This document shows, piece after piece, positions 1 to 16,400 of a DNA stretch of 64,000 nt. Numbering within the stretch: the first letter of the stretch is position 1; each line of letters opens with the position of its first letter. Under the pieces are notes generated by a model. It ran no database searches and was not told where the DNA came from. It saw only the letters and a program-made list of their open reading frames with translations. Position numbers and translations under genes: made by a program. This stretch comes from Takakia lepidozioides (Eukaryota; Plantae; Bryophyta): the NCBI GenBank assembly GCA_030704615.1, contig CM060731.1, positions 48,980,001-49,044,000 on the forward strand. The letters are read 5' to 3'.

Positions 1-2856
<2,856 letters not shown>

Positions 2857-3873
2857 TGTGCAACCTTTTTCAAAGGAATCTTTGGCAACTCTTCCACAAT
2901 TTCCCCATCAATATGTTGGAGGCATAGCAGAAAAGCTATGAGCTTTGGAAAGTGATTATCACCAACTTTCAAAACAATAACTGTTATTCTGAAAGCTGTT
3001 ATTCAAAAAGATTTTCAAGTTGTCATTATCCACTGACAGTGGGAGATTTAACATTTATAAATGGAAGATGTATTTGCTGCTGAAATTCTTGCAGGGGAAT
3101 GTTCTCGACTGTATTTTCCTCAATTACTGTTTACTATGCAACATTCCAGCTCTTATCCACCACACTGCTGATGCCTGGCTGTTGCAGACAGGGTTCTAGT
3201 GGATCTCATATCAAATGTCAAATAACCGCAATCAGCACCACATCAACACAAGTGGGGCTGATTGAGACCTTGTCGATAAACTGAATGTATTACAACTCTA
3301 GAGCTTGTCTGAAAAGGTGGTCAACAGTCAATATGGTACAATCCTTGAGTAGAAGGAGGGGTTGCAGAGTGACGACCCAAAAAACATGCAATGCATCCCT
3401 CGCTGTTGGAAAAGCAAAGCAAGGCAAAATCTTTGAGTTGCGTGGCTTGGTGCATCTCTTCCTCTTGATGTCTCCCAACTGCAAGTCTCCGTGTTTGCCT
3501 CATGAATCTCCTCCTCCTTATCAACCGGTGCCAAAACAGCTTCTTGTTCATTTCTAATTGTATTTTACAAAATACTTGTCTATGCGGTGCACGAGGACTT
3601 GGTCTCCCGTTTTGAAGGCGGCTTCCCAGCCACAATGACCTCAGCAGGGCCCAATCCTGCTCACGGCCCAGAACAGTCAAAAACGCGTTCAAAAGCAACA
3701 CAGAAGAAACCCGAAAAGGCAAAAAGAAGATGGATAGGTAATTTCGATAGAAATCAACTGCTTAGAAAAGTACTCTCCACCCGTACAAGTGCCACTGCAA
3801 TTTTTCCCATTTGATTCATTGCCTCAGTCTCTCTGGATTTCTCACATTGACCTATTGCTGTAAAGCGGCAATA

Positions 3874-4030
3874 ATGGAGAAAGATGAGAATCGGAGCTCT
3901 TCTAGAAAAGCTTTGAAGTGCAAATCTGAGGCGGAAAACTGGTGCTCGAATGATAGTTCAGTTGACCTCAGAGGCAACCCAGTCAACATGGCAACCTCTG
4001 GTCGCTGGAAAGCTGGCCAAAATTTTATAA
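3874..4030 (+). pseudogene. Orphan first-exon fragment of an NPF/PTR transporter
   Basis: DSSVDLRGNPVNMATSGRWKA closely matches exon 1 of the NPF gene at 12841-13012 (DGSVDMRGKPVNMGTTGRWKA). No downstream NPF exons follow on this strand. Confidence 0.75.
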
Positions 4031-4099
4031 GAGTCTGATTACATCCCTCTGTCTTTCTAACTCTCTCCCATCTCACTCCCCATCCGTCCCTCTACTATA

Positions 4100-5657
4100 A
4101 AGTTCCTTTCTTCTCTCACGTTCTCTCAGTTTTTCAGTCGAGGGAAAGGCCACTCCCCTAACAATCGTCTGACCGTTTACCTGACATTATGTTCTTGAAT
4201 CACCAGATGACCTTCTGATTGCATTCCGATCACCTTCTCTGCAAACGGAATATCATTCAGCTCAATCCGAAAAGAAGAGATTGTTCACAAGTGCTTAACA
4301 GCCTTGAAAATTCATCTTTTGAAAAATATGGCAGATTTGAAACCTAGCCCTGTTTATCGCAGGATGGTCCTTTTATCGTCACTCTGTTGAAATGAAGAGT
4401 GTTGTCTCTATGAGCTCGCAGCCCACTCTTAGACCGTGAGTATATAACTGCGATAGCCCTCTCAAAGTGAAATGGATTTCACTTGAACGATTCAGCTTCA
4501 CTCTTGCTCGATGAGATGATTTATTTGAGGTAGCCTCCGAATGGACTGATGCAATGTCAAGCCTACGTACCGTCAAAGAAGGAGTACTTGTAATGTTACG
4601 CAAGCCCCATTTAGAAGTCAAAGTTAAAAGCAGGACCGTCAGGCTATTATGTCATAGCCAGGCAGTCATAGACACCGAATAATATAACCCCCTCCCTAGT
4701 CGATGCCTAAAATCAGATACAATTACGAAGAGGTGTCCCCCAGCAACAACGCATATTCGAGATTGAGCTTGGTCAAACCCAAACTGACATCTAGCGACAA
4801 GCGGAGGTTACAGAAAGAAAGACACAGAAAGGGGGCTTTATAACGCCCAGACAGAAAGTGTTATAAGAGGAATTTAAGGTTGAGGGAGAAAGAAACGATC
4901 CAAACCCCGCAATGATACTCCACAAAGAAGGCAACAACGTCGAAGTCTCCGAATTCTCTTCAGTGCTGGCCCTGGGGGTCTGTGGGTTGCCCAACCTGCG
5001 GTACTAGATTTGGAAGCCTTCAAGCCTAATTACCCCTCTGCTTGTCACAAATCCGCAAAGGCAATGTGCATCCACTTCGACATTGCTTGAATCTCTCATG
5101 AGAGAAGGCCTGAGAGACAGTGGGACCCATGGCGGAGACCCCACACCTTGCCATTTGAACTCCAGGTACAGGTCACCTGCAAACCGATTCTACAGCTCAA
5201 ATTCCTTGCACCCAACAAACAAATCACAGGCATATTCGAGCTCCGGCTGAAAAGGAAACCAAGATTCGTGGTACAGTCGTTCAAAAGGTGGGTAGGCGAA
5301 AAGAAGATATGTTCTTTGAGTATTGAGGATCATGGCTTCTTTGTGAAGGGCGCCTATCACGGGCTCCTTCGAAAGGTGAGACTTTGTCTTGAGGACAACT
5401 ACAATGCGGCGGTTTGAGTGGTGCAGAAAGTCGGGATCGTTGTAAACCCCGTGATATCCACTTTTATTCTTGGTTTCGCATTGTTCATTTCCATATCCTC
5501 AAGGTTTGAGATACACATGAATTTGTTAATTCTCAGACAAGCCTTCGAGATTGTGTTTTTGAGTCCCATGGGACTTTGCTCATCCTGGGGAGGTTTCAAC
5601 CAAGTCATCGTCAGAAAAGATCTACTTAAGAAGTAAGAGATCGTAAGGTCCCGCTGA
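4100..5657 (-). mobile_element. Degenerate L1-type LINE ORF1 remnant (boundaries approximate)
   Basis: ORF 5399-5608 (ISKACLRINKFMCIS...KPRIKVDIT) resembles the segment before the zinc knuckle in plant L1 ORF1. Heavily decayed. Confidence 0.35.
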
Positions 5658-6064
5658 TTTACAAAGGAGTTTTTTCTACTCGAGTCTCTTGATCTACACT
5701 ACAAGTGGAACTCTTCGAGTCTTGAAAGGGATCACGGATTGCAGCTGGCCTGCTCTCGACCCTGTACTCAAACCAAGAGGCGCATACGAGAAAGACGCAC
5801 AGCATAAGAAGCACAGTGGCTGCTAGAAACAACCAAGTCATCGTCAGAAAAGATCTACTTAAGAAAGTAAGAGATCGTAAGGTTCCGCTGATTTACAAAG
5901 GAGTTTTTTCTACTCGAGTCTCTTGATCTACACTACAAGTGGAACTCTTCGAGTCTTGAAAGGGATCACGGATTGCAGCTGGCCTGCTCTCGACCCTGTA
6001 CTCAAACCAAGAGGCGCATACGAGAAAGACGCACAGCATAAGAAGCACAGTGGCTGCTAGAAAC
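5597..6064. repeat. Tandem duplication, ~233-234 bp unit (5597-5829 and 5830-6064), covering the NPF stop codon
   Basis: Two near-identical copies beginning caaccaagtcatcgtcagaaaaga. ORFs 5659-5841 and 5893-6417 end in the same peptide. Confidence 0.95.
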
Positions 6065-9000
6065 CAGTAGAAGTAGTCTAGACGGCTGTCGTTGACGTCA
6101 TTCTCTATCCAGCTTTTGTGGCCTGTTTTCCCAGTGACCATGATCACAACTTTCACCATGGCCCAGGTCCAGTAATTTCCTATTCCAATCACTGCTAGAA
6201 AGAGAGCATTCCCGAGGCTCCGCATGCTCTCAGGGGATTGGTGGTAAGAAAACTCCAGCTCGCCGACGATTAAAAACACCTCCATGATGCCTATCAAGAT
6301 ATATTGGGGGAGCAGCCAGAGTATGCTAATAGGGACAACAGCGCCCTTGGGTCTGTCAAGAAGCCCATATTCTCTCAGCACCTGCAGATTGAACATCACT
6401 CTGGTAACACATCTCACGACTGTTCCTTCCTGTGTAATTAGTCCAGATGGCCACCATGCATCATCTCTAGAGTCAGTAAAGAAGTGATTTTAAGGCTGTC
6501 AGCCAGGATTTCGGACCAGATAAAATTATGTTGTACAGTATTTAAGAAATATACAATTCAATGCCACTGGATGACCTGACCACAGTTTCAGGGTGCAGTA
6601 AGAGCGTGTTAGAATTCGACATAGAATAGAGATAAAAGATGAACTGATTACTGAGAACTCTCCACCCAACCATAGGACCACAAGAAGCTCTGTCCACCCT
6701 CCGAGCTCTCCCTATTTCTACTCAAAGTCTAATCCAGAAATAGCTGAGATAACTATAGCATAACTCCATGCTTTTATTTTAGTTATCTCCATCTGCTATT
6801 ATGGTACAATGACTTGAGTCACTAATAACTAAAGCTAACTTTAGCTATCTTTTAGTTAACCGATGCTTATCTCTATTGTTAACTGTGACTTGTCAAAACT
6901 CCTATTATGGAAGCCTGACTTGTCATCATAGTAACTCTAGGTAGTAGTAACTTGGTTAGGAGTTGATTTCCAACACCCCCACTCAACGAGTTACCAAGTT
7001 AAGCACTTAACTACTCCCATCAAGCCTCGAAAGCGTTCAAGCTTTTCAGCACTAAGCCCTTTTGTCAGTATGTCTGCAACCATGTTGTTGGTGTTGCAAT
7101 ATACAAGCTTGACAACTCCAGCTTCAGTCTTCTCTCGTACCAAATGATGATGAATCTCAATATGCTTTGTGCGAGCATGAAACACTGGATTCTTTGAGAG
7201 AGCAATACACCCTTGGTTGTCATCATATATGACCATTGTATCCCTCTGTGGACGACCAATACTAGATATAAATGATGATAACCATAATGCTTGCCTTGTA
7301 GCTTGAGATGCAGCCATATATTCTGCCTCAGTCGAGGACATAACAATTGTAGATTGCTTCTTGCTGCTCCAGCTTACAGCTCCATTTGCTAGCATAAAAA
7401 CATAACCAGATGTAGAGTGGCGGTCATCAACAGTACCAGCCCAATCTGCATCACAATAGCCGTATAGCTCTGTGCTTTTGCAAGCATTGTCTGAGATACC
7501 ATATGAACCCACATGATCCAACTGAACATTATCATTGTTCTTTCTCAAGCACAAACCATAGTCCAGTGTGCCTCTTAGATAACGAAAATTCCGCTTTACT
7601 GCAACCCAATGGAGTTGCCCAGGGTTAGCCACAAATTGGCTTACAACCCCCACTGCTTGTGCAATATCTGGCCTAGTACAGACCATAGCATACATGAGAC
7701 TTCCCACAACACTCTGATAGGGAACATCTCTCATTGTCTTCAAGTCTGCAGCACTCTTAGGACTCATCTCCTTTGAGAGTTTGCGATTTGGGACAAACGG
7801 GGTATTTACCGGCATAATTTCAGCCATACCAAAGCGCCTTAAGATATCTTCAAGATACTTACGCTGGTTTAGGTAAATTGCTTAGTCTTGTCGAACACGA
7901 GTTACCGATACCCCCAAGCAGTACTGGATCTCTTTCAGATCCACCATCTCAAACTTCATTGATATATCGCTTTGTCTTTTTCAACAAAGCCTAATCAACA
8001 CATGATCACATGATCTCTTTAAGATCCATCATCTCAAACCTCTTTGAGATATCACTTTGTCTTTGTTTCAACAAAGTCAATTTGTTATGATCACATAACC
8101 ACTATCTCAATCCCATTTGAGATATTGACACTTTGTATGTGTTACAACAGAGTCAAGTCATTAGAGACCAAGATCAGATCATCAACATATAATGTTATGA
8201 TCACAGAAGAGTTTCCATAAGCCATCTTATAATAAACACTATAATTAACAGAGCTCCTCTCAAACTCTTCAGCCATGAAATATGCATCAATCTTAGCATT
8301 ACATGCCCTAGGGGATTGCTTCAAACGATACAAAGACTTGAGAAGCTTACAAACCATCATTTCCTTCCCTACCAATGACATGCTTGCTATCATCTCCCAA
8401 AAGAACATATTGTGTAGGTGAAAGAGATCTTTAGGATAAGAAATGCTCTCTCTCTGAACTCATATGTTGAGATGCTCCTGAATCAACATACCACACATGC
8501 TTCTGTCTAGTAGTGGCTGAGAGAAACACAACAAATAGAATAGCATTCCTCTGATGAGTAGCTATGTTTCCTTGACTCTCTCTGCTGCGCTCATCTGCAA
8601 TGCGCTTTCTACAATCCTTGATCATGTGACCAAGTTTCTTGCAATAAAAGCACCTTACTTTGGCCTTTTTGATCTTTGAGCTTGAGGTTTCTGAAACCTC
8701 TGGGACTTCTGATACATATGTGAAGGGAGTCTTATATTCAAGACTACTCCAGTCTTGCCTGTGAACAAAGCTCTGTCTACCTCTGTAGACGTACCTTGAC
8801 ATTTTCTTCTTGTTTCCTCCTTGAGGAGAAGTCCTATGACAACATCAATAGTTAAGTTGGTTTGTCCTGCTAGAGACACCACAAAACCATCATAGGATTC
8901 AGGTAAGGTTGCCAATAACACCACTGCGGCGTGTTCATCAGTCACATTAGTTCCCACAGAGACTAGTTGATCTCGCAACACACAAAACAAATTCAAGTGT

Positions 9001-12000
9001 TGTTCAACTGAGTCTGACTCGGTCATCTTCAGACCATAGAACTTTTGCGTCGCATACACTTGCGATGTGACATCCTTCGTCTCATATATGCTTGCTAGCT
9101 TGTCGCAAACATCCCTAGCATTCTTAGCACTTATAATGAGATGCAACTGTTTGTCTCTCAAGCTTGTGATGATGCTAGCTCTTGCTTTCTGATCTTTCTT
9201 ATCCCATATGGCTTGGCCAATAATAGTGTCAGGTCTTGGGACTGATCCATCAACCACTCCCCATAGATCTTTTGTCTAGAAGGACCATCTCCATCCTAAA
9301 CTTCCAGGTTTGATAGTTAGCTCCATTGAATCGATCTTCCACTCTCACATCTAATGCACTCGTCATAGACATAGAAGGAGGATTGCTAGAAGACGACGCT
9401 TCAGCCATAATCAAGTTCTCTCAATGTCAACTACCAACCCTCACCTAGAGAAGAATGGCTCTGATACCATATTGGAATTCGACAAAGAATAGAGATCAAA
9501 GATGAACTGATTACGGAGAACTCTCCACCCAACCATAGGACCACAACAAGCTGTGTCCACCCTCCGAGCTCTCTTTATTTATACCCAAAGTCTAATCCAG
9601 AAATAGTTGAGATAACTATAGCATAACTCCATGCTTTTACTTAAGTTATCTCCACCTGCTATTCTAGTACAATGACTTGAGTCACTAATAACTAAAGCTA
9701 ACTTTAGCTATCTTTTAGGTAACCGAGGCTTATCTCTATTGTTAACTGTGACTTGATCATAACTCCTATTATGGAAGCCTGACTTGTCATCACAGTAACT
9801 CTAGGTAGTAGTAACTTGGTTAGGAGTTGATTTCCAAGAGAGAGCGAGAGCTCTAGTTATAGCCAGTCTAGTTGTTTAACGCACATGTAAATGTCTCACC
9901 TTCAATCTCTTGGTTTCGGTCAAAGCTGCCACCACCATTACTAGAATTGCCGGACCATTCCAATCTCGATGCAATGGAGCAATGAAATCCCCCGTTCTTT
10001 ACCTGTGAGACGTCGAAAAATTGGAACTAGATTGCGATCATAAATGGGTATGAGAATGATGACTGTTACTGTTGTGAAGCACTGGATAGAAGCCGGTGGG
10101 ATTTTGAAGATTGAACCTATATGATTGTCCATACTGCGGCCCTGCCTTGTGTAGAAAGTTGTCAACTGCGCTTGTACAACACCCACTGGGGTAAGCACCA
10201 GCCATTTTGGGAGCAAGCATAGTATCTGTTTTACTTCTTCGACTTTTGTCACACTGCAGAGCCTCCAAGCGCTGGTCCCTTGGCCAGTGTTTTTTTCACT
10301 TCCAGCGATGCAGGCCTCTGCATGTCTTGATATTGCCGCTTTATCAAGAAACCTGCATATAGATGAACATTGCTCGTGAGGCACAATTAATTGTCAGAAA
10401 ATACGAGGTCCCTCGCGTTGTGAACTGAATCACCTCTCCGGTCTAGCAGAATAACTTCCAACTTAGCAGAATTTGATGGTCTTCGGAAGGTAGTGCCACT
10501 GAGTCCTACAACTGTAAGCAAGCTGGATGATGCCAAACCCCTCCTAGCCGTACGCTGTAGTCAGAGATAAAGCATACATGTGATCAAGTTTACCTCATGA
10601 ATAATGTAGGTGTCCTCTGTGACATCGACTTGTGTAATTTAGATCTGACTCTACCAGGTTATGAAGTGCTACTAGGACATACTTATTTCTAAGAGGAGTT
10701 CCACAAGGCTTCAGGAAACTATATAGATTCGGCTGTAGAGGGTTCCCTGCTGCACATGAGATCACATTGATTCAGGAATTGCTGAAGCGGTCCACCAGCT
10801 GAGCTCCCAACTTCAGCACAAATGAGTTGTGCCTCGTAGCTGAGCTTGCGGGTGTTACAATGAGGTTACAATTAAGGCAGAAATACTGGCAGTAAATCTA
10901 ACCTGTATGGGCCGTGTTACACTAGCATGCCTATCGGGTTGTACATGTACAACTGCTTTCCAAGGAGAGACTTTTTAAATCGTATTAGATACGGGGTGAA
11001 GCTCGACACCATGGATAATTTGCTCACGTCTCCGTGTGTAGCGGCTAGCCACGGTGACCTCTTTTTTCTCAGTACTTATATTGACATGCAGCAATTTGCT
11101 GGATGGTCTTGTTTGACCACTGAAGGTCCCAAAAGTTCCGAGCAGCTAGCTACATTAGTCACAATGATCTCTAGTCCTGATGTTTTCAAAGCAGGTCTGG
11201 ACACTGAAAAGAGTACATGTTGTCATAGCTTACGAAAGGGTGTGAGTATGTTGTATTCGCTGTTTCGAGATGTTAGAACCGGAACTTGTGTCCTGAACTT
11301 TTATGTCAAAGAGCAGTTCTTTGTCAGGCGGCACAGTAAGATTCCAATTGCGAATGGCCGCCGCAATCACCTGGGCAACGTGCGTTAATGGACTGCCATC
11401 TGGTCTTTTATGGCTGAAAAATCGAGTGCCAGCAAAGTACATAATAGCGAGGGCTACCCCATATCCAGCTGTAGGAATTCCGAAGCCCCAGCCCCAACCG
11501 ACATTGTCCTCGATGTACACCAGTGCTGTCTGTGCAATCAATGCCCCGATACTAAGGCAAACAAACCAACAGTTGAAGAACGATAGCTTCATCTTTCTCT
11601 CCCTTGGAATATGTTCATCGAACTGGTCTGCCCCTAATGGTGCCATAACAGGTTTCACGCCACCCAGAGCAATAGCCACCAAAACGAGACCCAAATAGAA
11701 GAAGCACAGTTGGCCAGTTGTTGCCTTTTTGCAGCTTCCAGGACGTGTGGGACTGCAGGGGGGAGGCTTGAGCGCTGGTATGGATACCGATAGAGTCAAT
11801 ATGAACATACCCTGCAAGTCTCACACTAGACTTGATGAGCCAGATTCTGATGCACAGATGATAATGTCTCATTAGAAGTCCTGCACAAGTTTCTAAGAGA
11901 AAAGGAGTTCGGAATACTGTTATAAAATGGAACGCTGAGAGGAAAGGAGATCAGGAACGTTTTGGCGTCCAGGGGAACCTCAACGAGCTTATGGGACAAA

Positions 12001-13012
12001 AGAAAGTAGCGTAGAAGAAAGAAGCAGCCCAAAACAGCATCATTATTCTCAGAAGGTGGAGAGCCTCGTGTAAATATATGCTGCCAGTCATTTGTGGTCC
12101 GAGGGATTCAAGGCTGTCCAAGGAAAGTACACAGCATGCACATATATATTCAAATCGAGAGCTCTACATATATGAAATGTAGATCGTGATTTGCAAGTGG
12201 CAAAAGGGATGAACGCGGGGTGATGAATTCAGTACTTACTAGGACATAAATTACAGAAGAGTTTATCATAGTCCAAAACCGCCCCAAGTACGCATCTGCA
12301 ACGAATGCTCCAATCAAAGGTAGAAGAAAGCTGGCGCCCTGCCAGTTATACACATTTGTGGCGGATGATGCAGTGTCCTCATGCAACTGTGTGGTCAAAT
12401 ACGTCACAAGGTTTGACGCTATTCCAAAGAATGCTATCCTCTCAAGGATCTCAGCCCCTGCCACATCCAAGATTGAGAGTTTAAATCGATAATGTGATCT
12501 AAGCTGATGGTGCTATACATATTACCCAGTGAAATCTTGGATCTAGCGCATGCATTTTGATTCGAATGAGCCATGGGGCTAGAGGACGCTTGAAATACAT
12601 GGTACGTACGTTCTCTCCCTTTATATCTAGCTCCTTGGGCTTAAGGAGGCTGGGCATTGTTTTTGTCAAGTTTCAGTTCAAGGTCCCAGAGGATGACTCG
12701 TGATTTCAAGCGTCCAGTGCTTACTGCAGTACTCGGCTAGCTCTAGAAACCTGTTGTTACTAAAGCCACTTGCTCAAGAATACTTGCAACAATTGAATTC
12801 TGAGCTCATCAATTGATTGGTAAACATATACGATATGTACCCATCAAGAAGGAGGCAGCTTTCCAGCGACCGGTGGTGCCCATATTTACTGGTTTGCCTC
12901 TCATGTCAACCGATCCATCCATCCGCGAGCTACCAAAACTGCCTTCCTTACTGCCGGATGTGTGTACTGTTTTCTCTGGCGCCTCACTTGGTTTCGCATG
13001 AACTACCTGCAC
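5893..13012 (-). pseudogene. NPF (NRT1/PTR) family transporter, probably pseudogenised. Exons ~13012-12841, 12457-12240, 11811-11234, 10352-9900, 6381-5893
   Basis: EILERIAFFGIASNLVTYL (ExxER), GAFVADAYLGRF, GADQFDE, SFFN.W, PDGSPLT, FLDKAA, WLLPQY, SPESMRSLG, RLDYFYW, with GT-AG introns. A 1-nt frameshift near 9952 (GMV|AILVMVVAALTETKRLK). Start codon uncertain. Confidence 0.9.
6607..9839 (-). mobile_element. Ty1/copia LTR retrotransposon lacking integrase, inside the last NPF intron. LTRs 6607-6975 and 9470-9839
   Basis: Paired ~370-bp LTRs; PBS tggtatcagagc (9458-9469); PPT next to 6976; gagcg on both flanks; gag CCHC (CFYCKKLGHMIKDC), protease WYVDSGAS, RT LYVDDL, RNase H YCDADWAG/DNQG/ADILTK. 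Confidence 0.95.
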
Positions 13013-13434
13013 ATTCCGGCCAATCCGGTGAATAATTTTTCCAGGGATTCCGAACTAGAGGTGGCGATCTAGTATCTCATTGGAATGAACTCATGAATCT
13101 GAAGATTCACTTAATTGCACATGAAAGTACTTGGACGTGGTTATGCCAGAAAGAAGGGTCTACTAAACCTTGAAATTCACGAGGGTGGGCCGTGCACACC
13201 ATATTTTTCTATCTGAAGTCGTCCGAGAAATAGCCTGTCGACCGGGAACTCAGTGGGAAGTTTGAAGGCTACACATAAGGGACCCAATATCATTCATCAT
13301 GCATTCTACCTCTCTCCAGTATTCCAAATATATTCCAAAAGCTCTTTGCTCCATCGGAACTCTCTTCGCATCTGATCGCATAAGAGCGTTGGCATAAGCA
13401 GCTGGCGCATAAGCTGATCGGAGCTGCCGATCGC

Positions 13435-16400
13435 TGTTGGAAGTAATTAAACATATCTCTTGAAGGCCAAAGGTTTAGAAGTCTAAGAGACTATCTTGTT
13501 TAACTCACCTTTGGAAGGTGAATGGCTAGAAGGTGGATGGTCACCATAGTGGAAGTGGAAGTGACCAAGTAGGACTTTCTAGAGACCTTGTTGTACAAGC
13601 TCGGGGGTGAAGCCACTAGTCTAAGTGTAAGAGTATGATGGTGGCTTCTATGGTTGGGATGAGAGCTTTAGTTTTAGCTTTAGTCTAAGACTTTAGTTCT
13701 TGTTCATGTTCTTGCTCAATTTTAACATGGCATCAGAGCCATTCTTCTCTAGGTGAGAGTTGGTAGTTGAGATTGAGAGAACTTGATTATGGCTGGAGCG
13801 TCGTCTTCTAGCAATCCTCTTTCTATGTCTATGACGAGTGCATTAGATGTGAGAGTGGAAGATCGATTCAATGGAGCGAACTATCAAACCTGGAAGTTTA
13901 GGATGGAGATGGGCCTTCTAGACAAAGATCTATGGGGAGTGGTTGATGGATCAGTCCCAAGACCTGACACTATTGTTGGCCAAGCCATATGGGATAAGAA
14001 AGATCAGAAAGCAAGAGCTAGCATCATCACAAGCTTGAGAGACAAGCTTGAGAGACAATCAGTTGCATCTCATTATAAGAGCCAAGAATGCTAAGGATGT
14101 TTGGGACAAGCTAGCAAGCATATATGAGATGAAGGATGTCACATCGCAAGTGTATGCGACGCAAAAGTTCTATGGTCTGAAGATGACCGAGTCAGACTCA
14201 GTTGAATAACACTTGAATTTGTTTTGTGTGTTGCGAGATCAACTAGTCTCTGTGGGAACTAATGTGACTGATGAACACGCCGCAGTGGTGTTATTGGCAA
14301 CCTTACCTGAATCTTATGATGGTTTTGTGGTGTCTCTAGCAGGACAAACCAACTTAACTATTGATGTTGTCATAGGACTTCTCCTCAAGGAGGAAACAAG
14401 AAGAAAAGGTCAAGGTACGTCTACAGAGGTAAACAGAGCTTTGTTCACAGGCAAGACTGGAGTAGTCTTGAATAGAAGACTCCCTTCACATATGTCTTAG
14501 AAGTCCCAGAGGTTTCAGAAACCACAATCTAGCTCAAAGATCAAAAAGGCCAAAGTGAGGTGCTTTTATTGCAAGAAACTTGGTCACATGATCAAGGATT
14601 GTAGAAAGCGCATTGCAGATGAGCGCAGCAGAGAGAGTCAAGGGAACATAGCTACTCATCAGAGAAATGCTATTCTATTTGTTGTGTCTCTCTCAGCCAC
14701 TACTAGACAGAAGCATGTGTGGTATGTTGATTCAGGAGCATCTCAACATATGAGTTCAGAGAGAGTACATTTCTTATCCTATAAATCTCTTTCACCTACA
14801 CAATATGTTCTTTTGGGAGATGATAACAAGCATGTCATTGGTGGGGAAGACTCAGTCTCTCTTATGTTCAATGAAAGGGAAACCATAGAGGTGGAAAATG
14901 TCCTACATGTCCCTACTTTAACAAAGAACCTGCTATCTATAAGGCAAATTGTTGCAAAGGGATACAGAGTGGTATTCCAAGATGAGAGTTGTACTATCAC
15001 ATATAGCTCAGGAGCTGTGGTAGCAAGAGCTATTCTTGATAATTGCTTGTATAGATTACAACATCATGTCTCTAGTGCTCTTACCACATTTTCACCACAG
15101 TTGGGATCTACACCTGTCATGTCAGAAACAAAGTTGTGGCATAGAAGGTTAGGTCATGTTAGCATTAAGAAATTGAGACAGATGCAACTTTCAAGCTATC
15201 TTATGGAAGGACTACCATTGAAGGAGATGAGCGATATGCGTCTATGCAAAGGTTGCTTGAAAAGGGAAGCAACATCGAGGTTAATTTCCTAAGGATGGTG
15301 GACGAAGAGCCACAAGTATATTGGAGATTGTACATTCTGCGGGCCAATGCAAACCACATCACTTGGAGGAGCAAGGTACTTTGTGACATTCATTGATGAT
15401 TTGTCAAGGAGGGTTGTGGTGAATTTCCTAAGGCAGAAAAGTCAAGTGCTAGAGAAATTCAAGGAGTTCAAAGTACTTGCAGAAAAACAAACTGGAAAGC
15501 CTCTTAAGATTTTGAGATCTGACAATAGTGGTGAGTACATCTCAAAGGCTTTCAATCAGTTTTATCAAGAGAATGGAATAGCTCGACAGTTTACTATTCC
15601 ATATACACCTGAGTAGAATGGTGTAGCTGAGCGGATGAATAGATCACTACAAGAATCTGCAAGGAGTATGTTGAAAGAAGTGAATATTTCAAATCATTTT
15701 TGGGCAGAAGCTGTTGGCACTGCAGCATATTTTCAAAATACCTACCAAATCAGTGTTGGGAAAAAGGTATGGAGTGGTCAGAAGCCTAGTGTGGCTCATT
15801 GTAGGAATTTTGGATGTCGTACATATGTCCATATCTCTACTCAGAATCGAAGGAAACTTGAGAAGGATGCATCTTCATTGGCTACACAGAAGGTGTGAAG
15901 GGATATAAGTTGTTTAATAAGACAACTAAGGCTGTCAAACACAGTAGGGACGTAGTGTTTGATGAAAGTTTCATACCCTCTTTGGTAGTGGGAGAAGATG
16001 ACCTGGGAATGAGCTTAAGAGCCATTACACCATTTCCAAGAGGAGTCTTATGAGGAGCCAATACAAGAGATGGCTGAAGCAAATGATGGAGGTGTTCAAC
16101 TTGATGGAGTTGATCAAGGAGTCGAAGTTGGTGAACCACTTGTTGATATAGACTCTAGAGATGAAGTTGAAGATGTGCCAATTCTAAGGAGATCTCAGCG
16201 GGAAATGAAAGCTCCTAGTAGGTTGATTACATCTATGAGTGTCATTGAAGTTATGGAAGAAACATCACAAGTGGTTGAGCCTGCTACATATGAGGAAGCA
16301 ATGCGCTCTCTAGACAAACTACAATGGGAAGAAGCAATCAACTCAGAGTTGGATTCATTGATGCAAAACAAAGCATGGACACTCACTAGGTTGTCTGCAG

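Noticed and set aside
3185-3225. RVLVDLISNVK* as an alternative last GAPDH exon
   Set aside because: The nearby acceptor puts it in the wrong phase and the match is very short.
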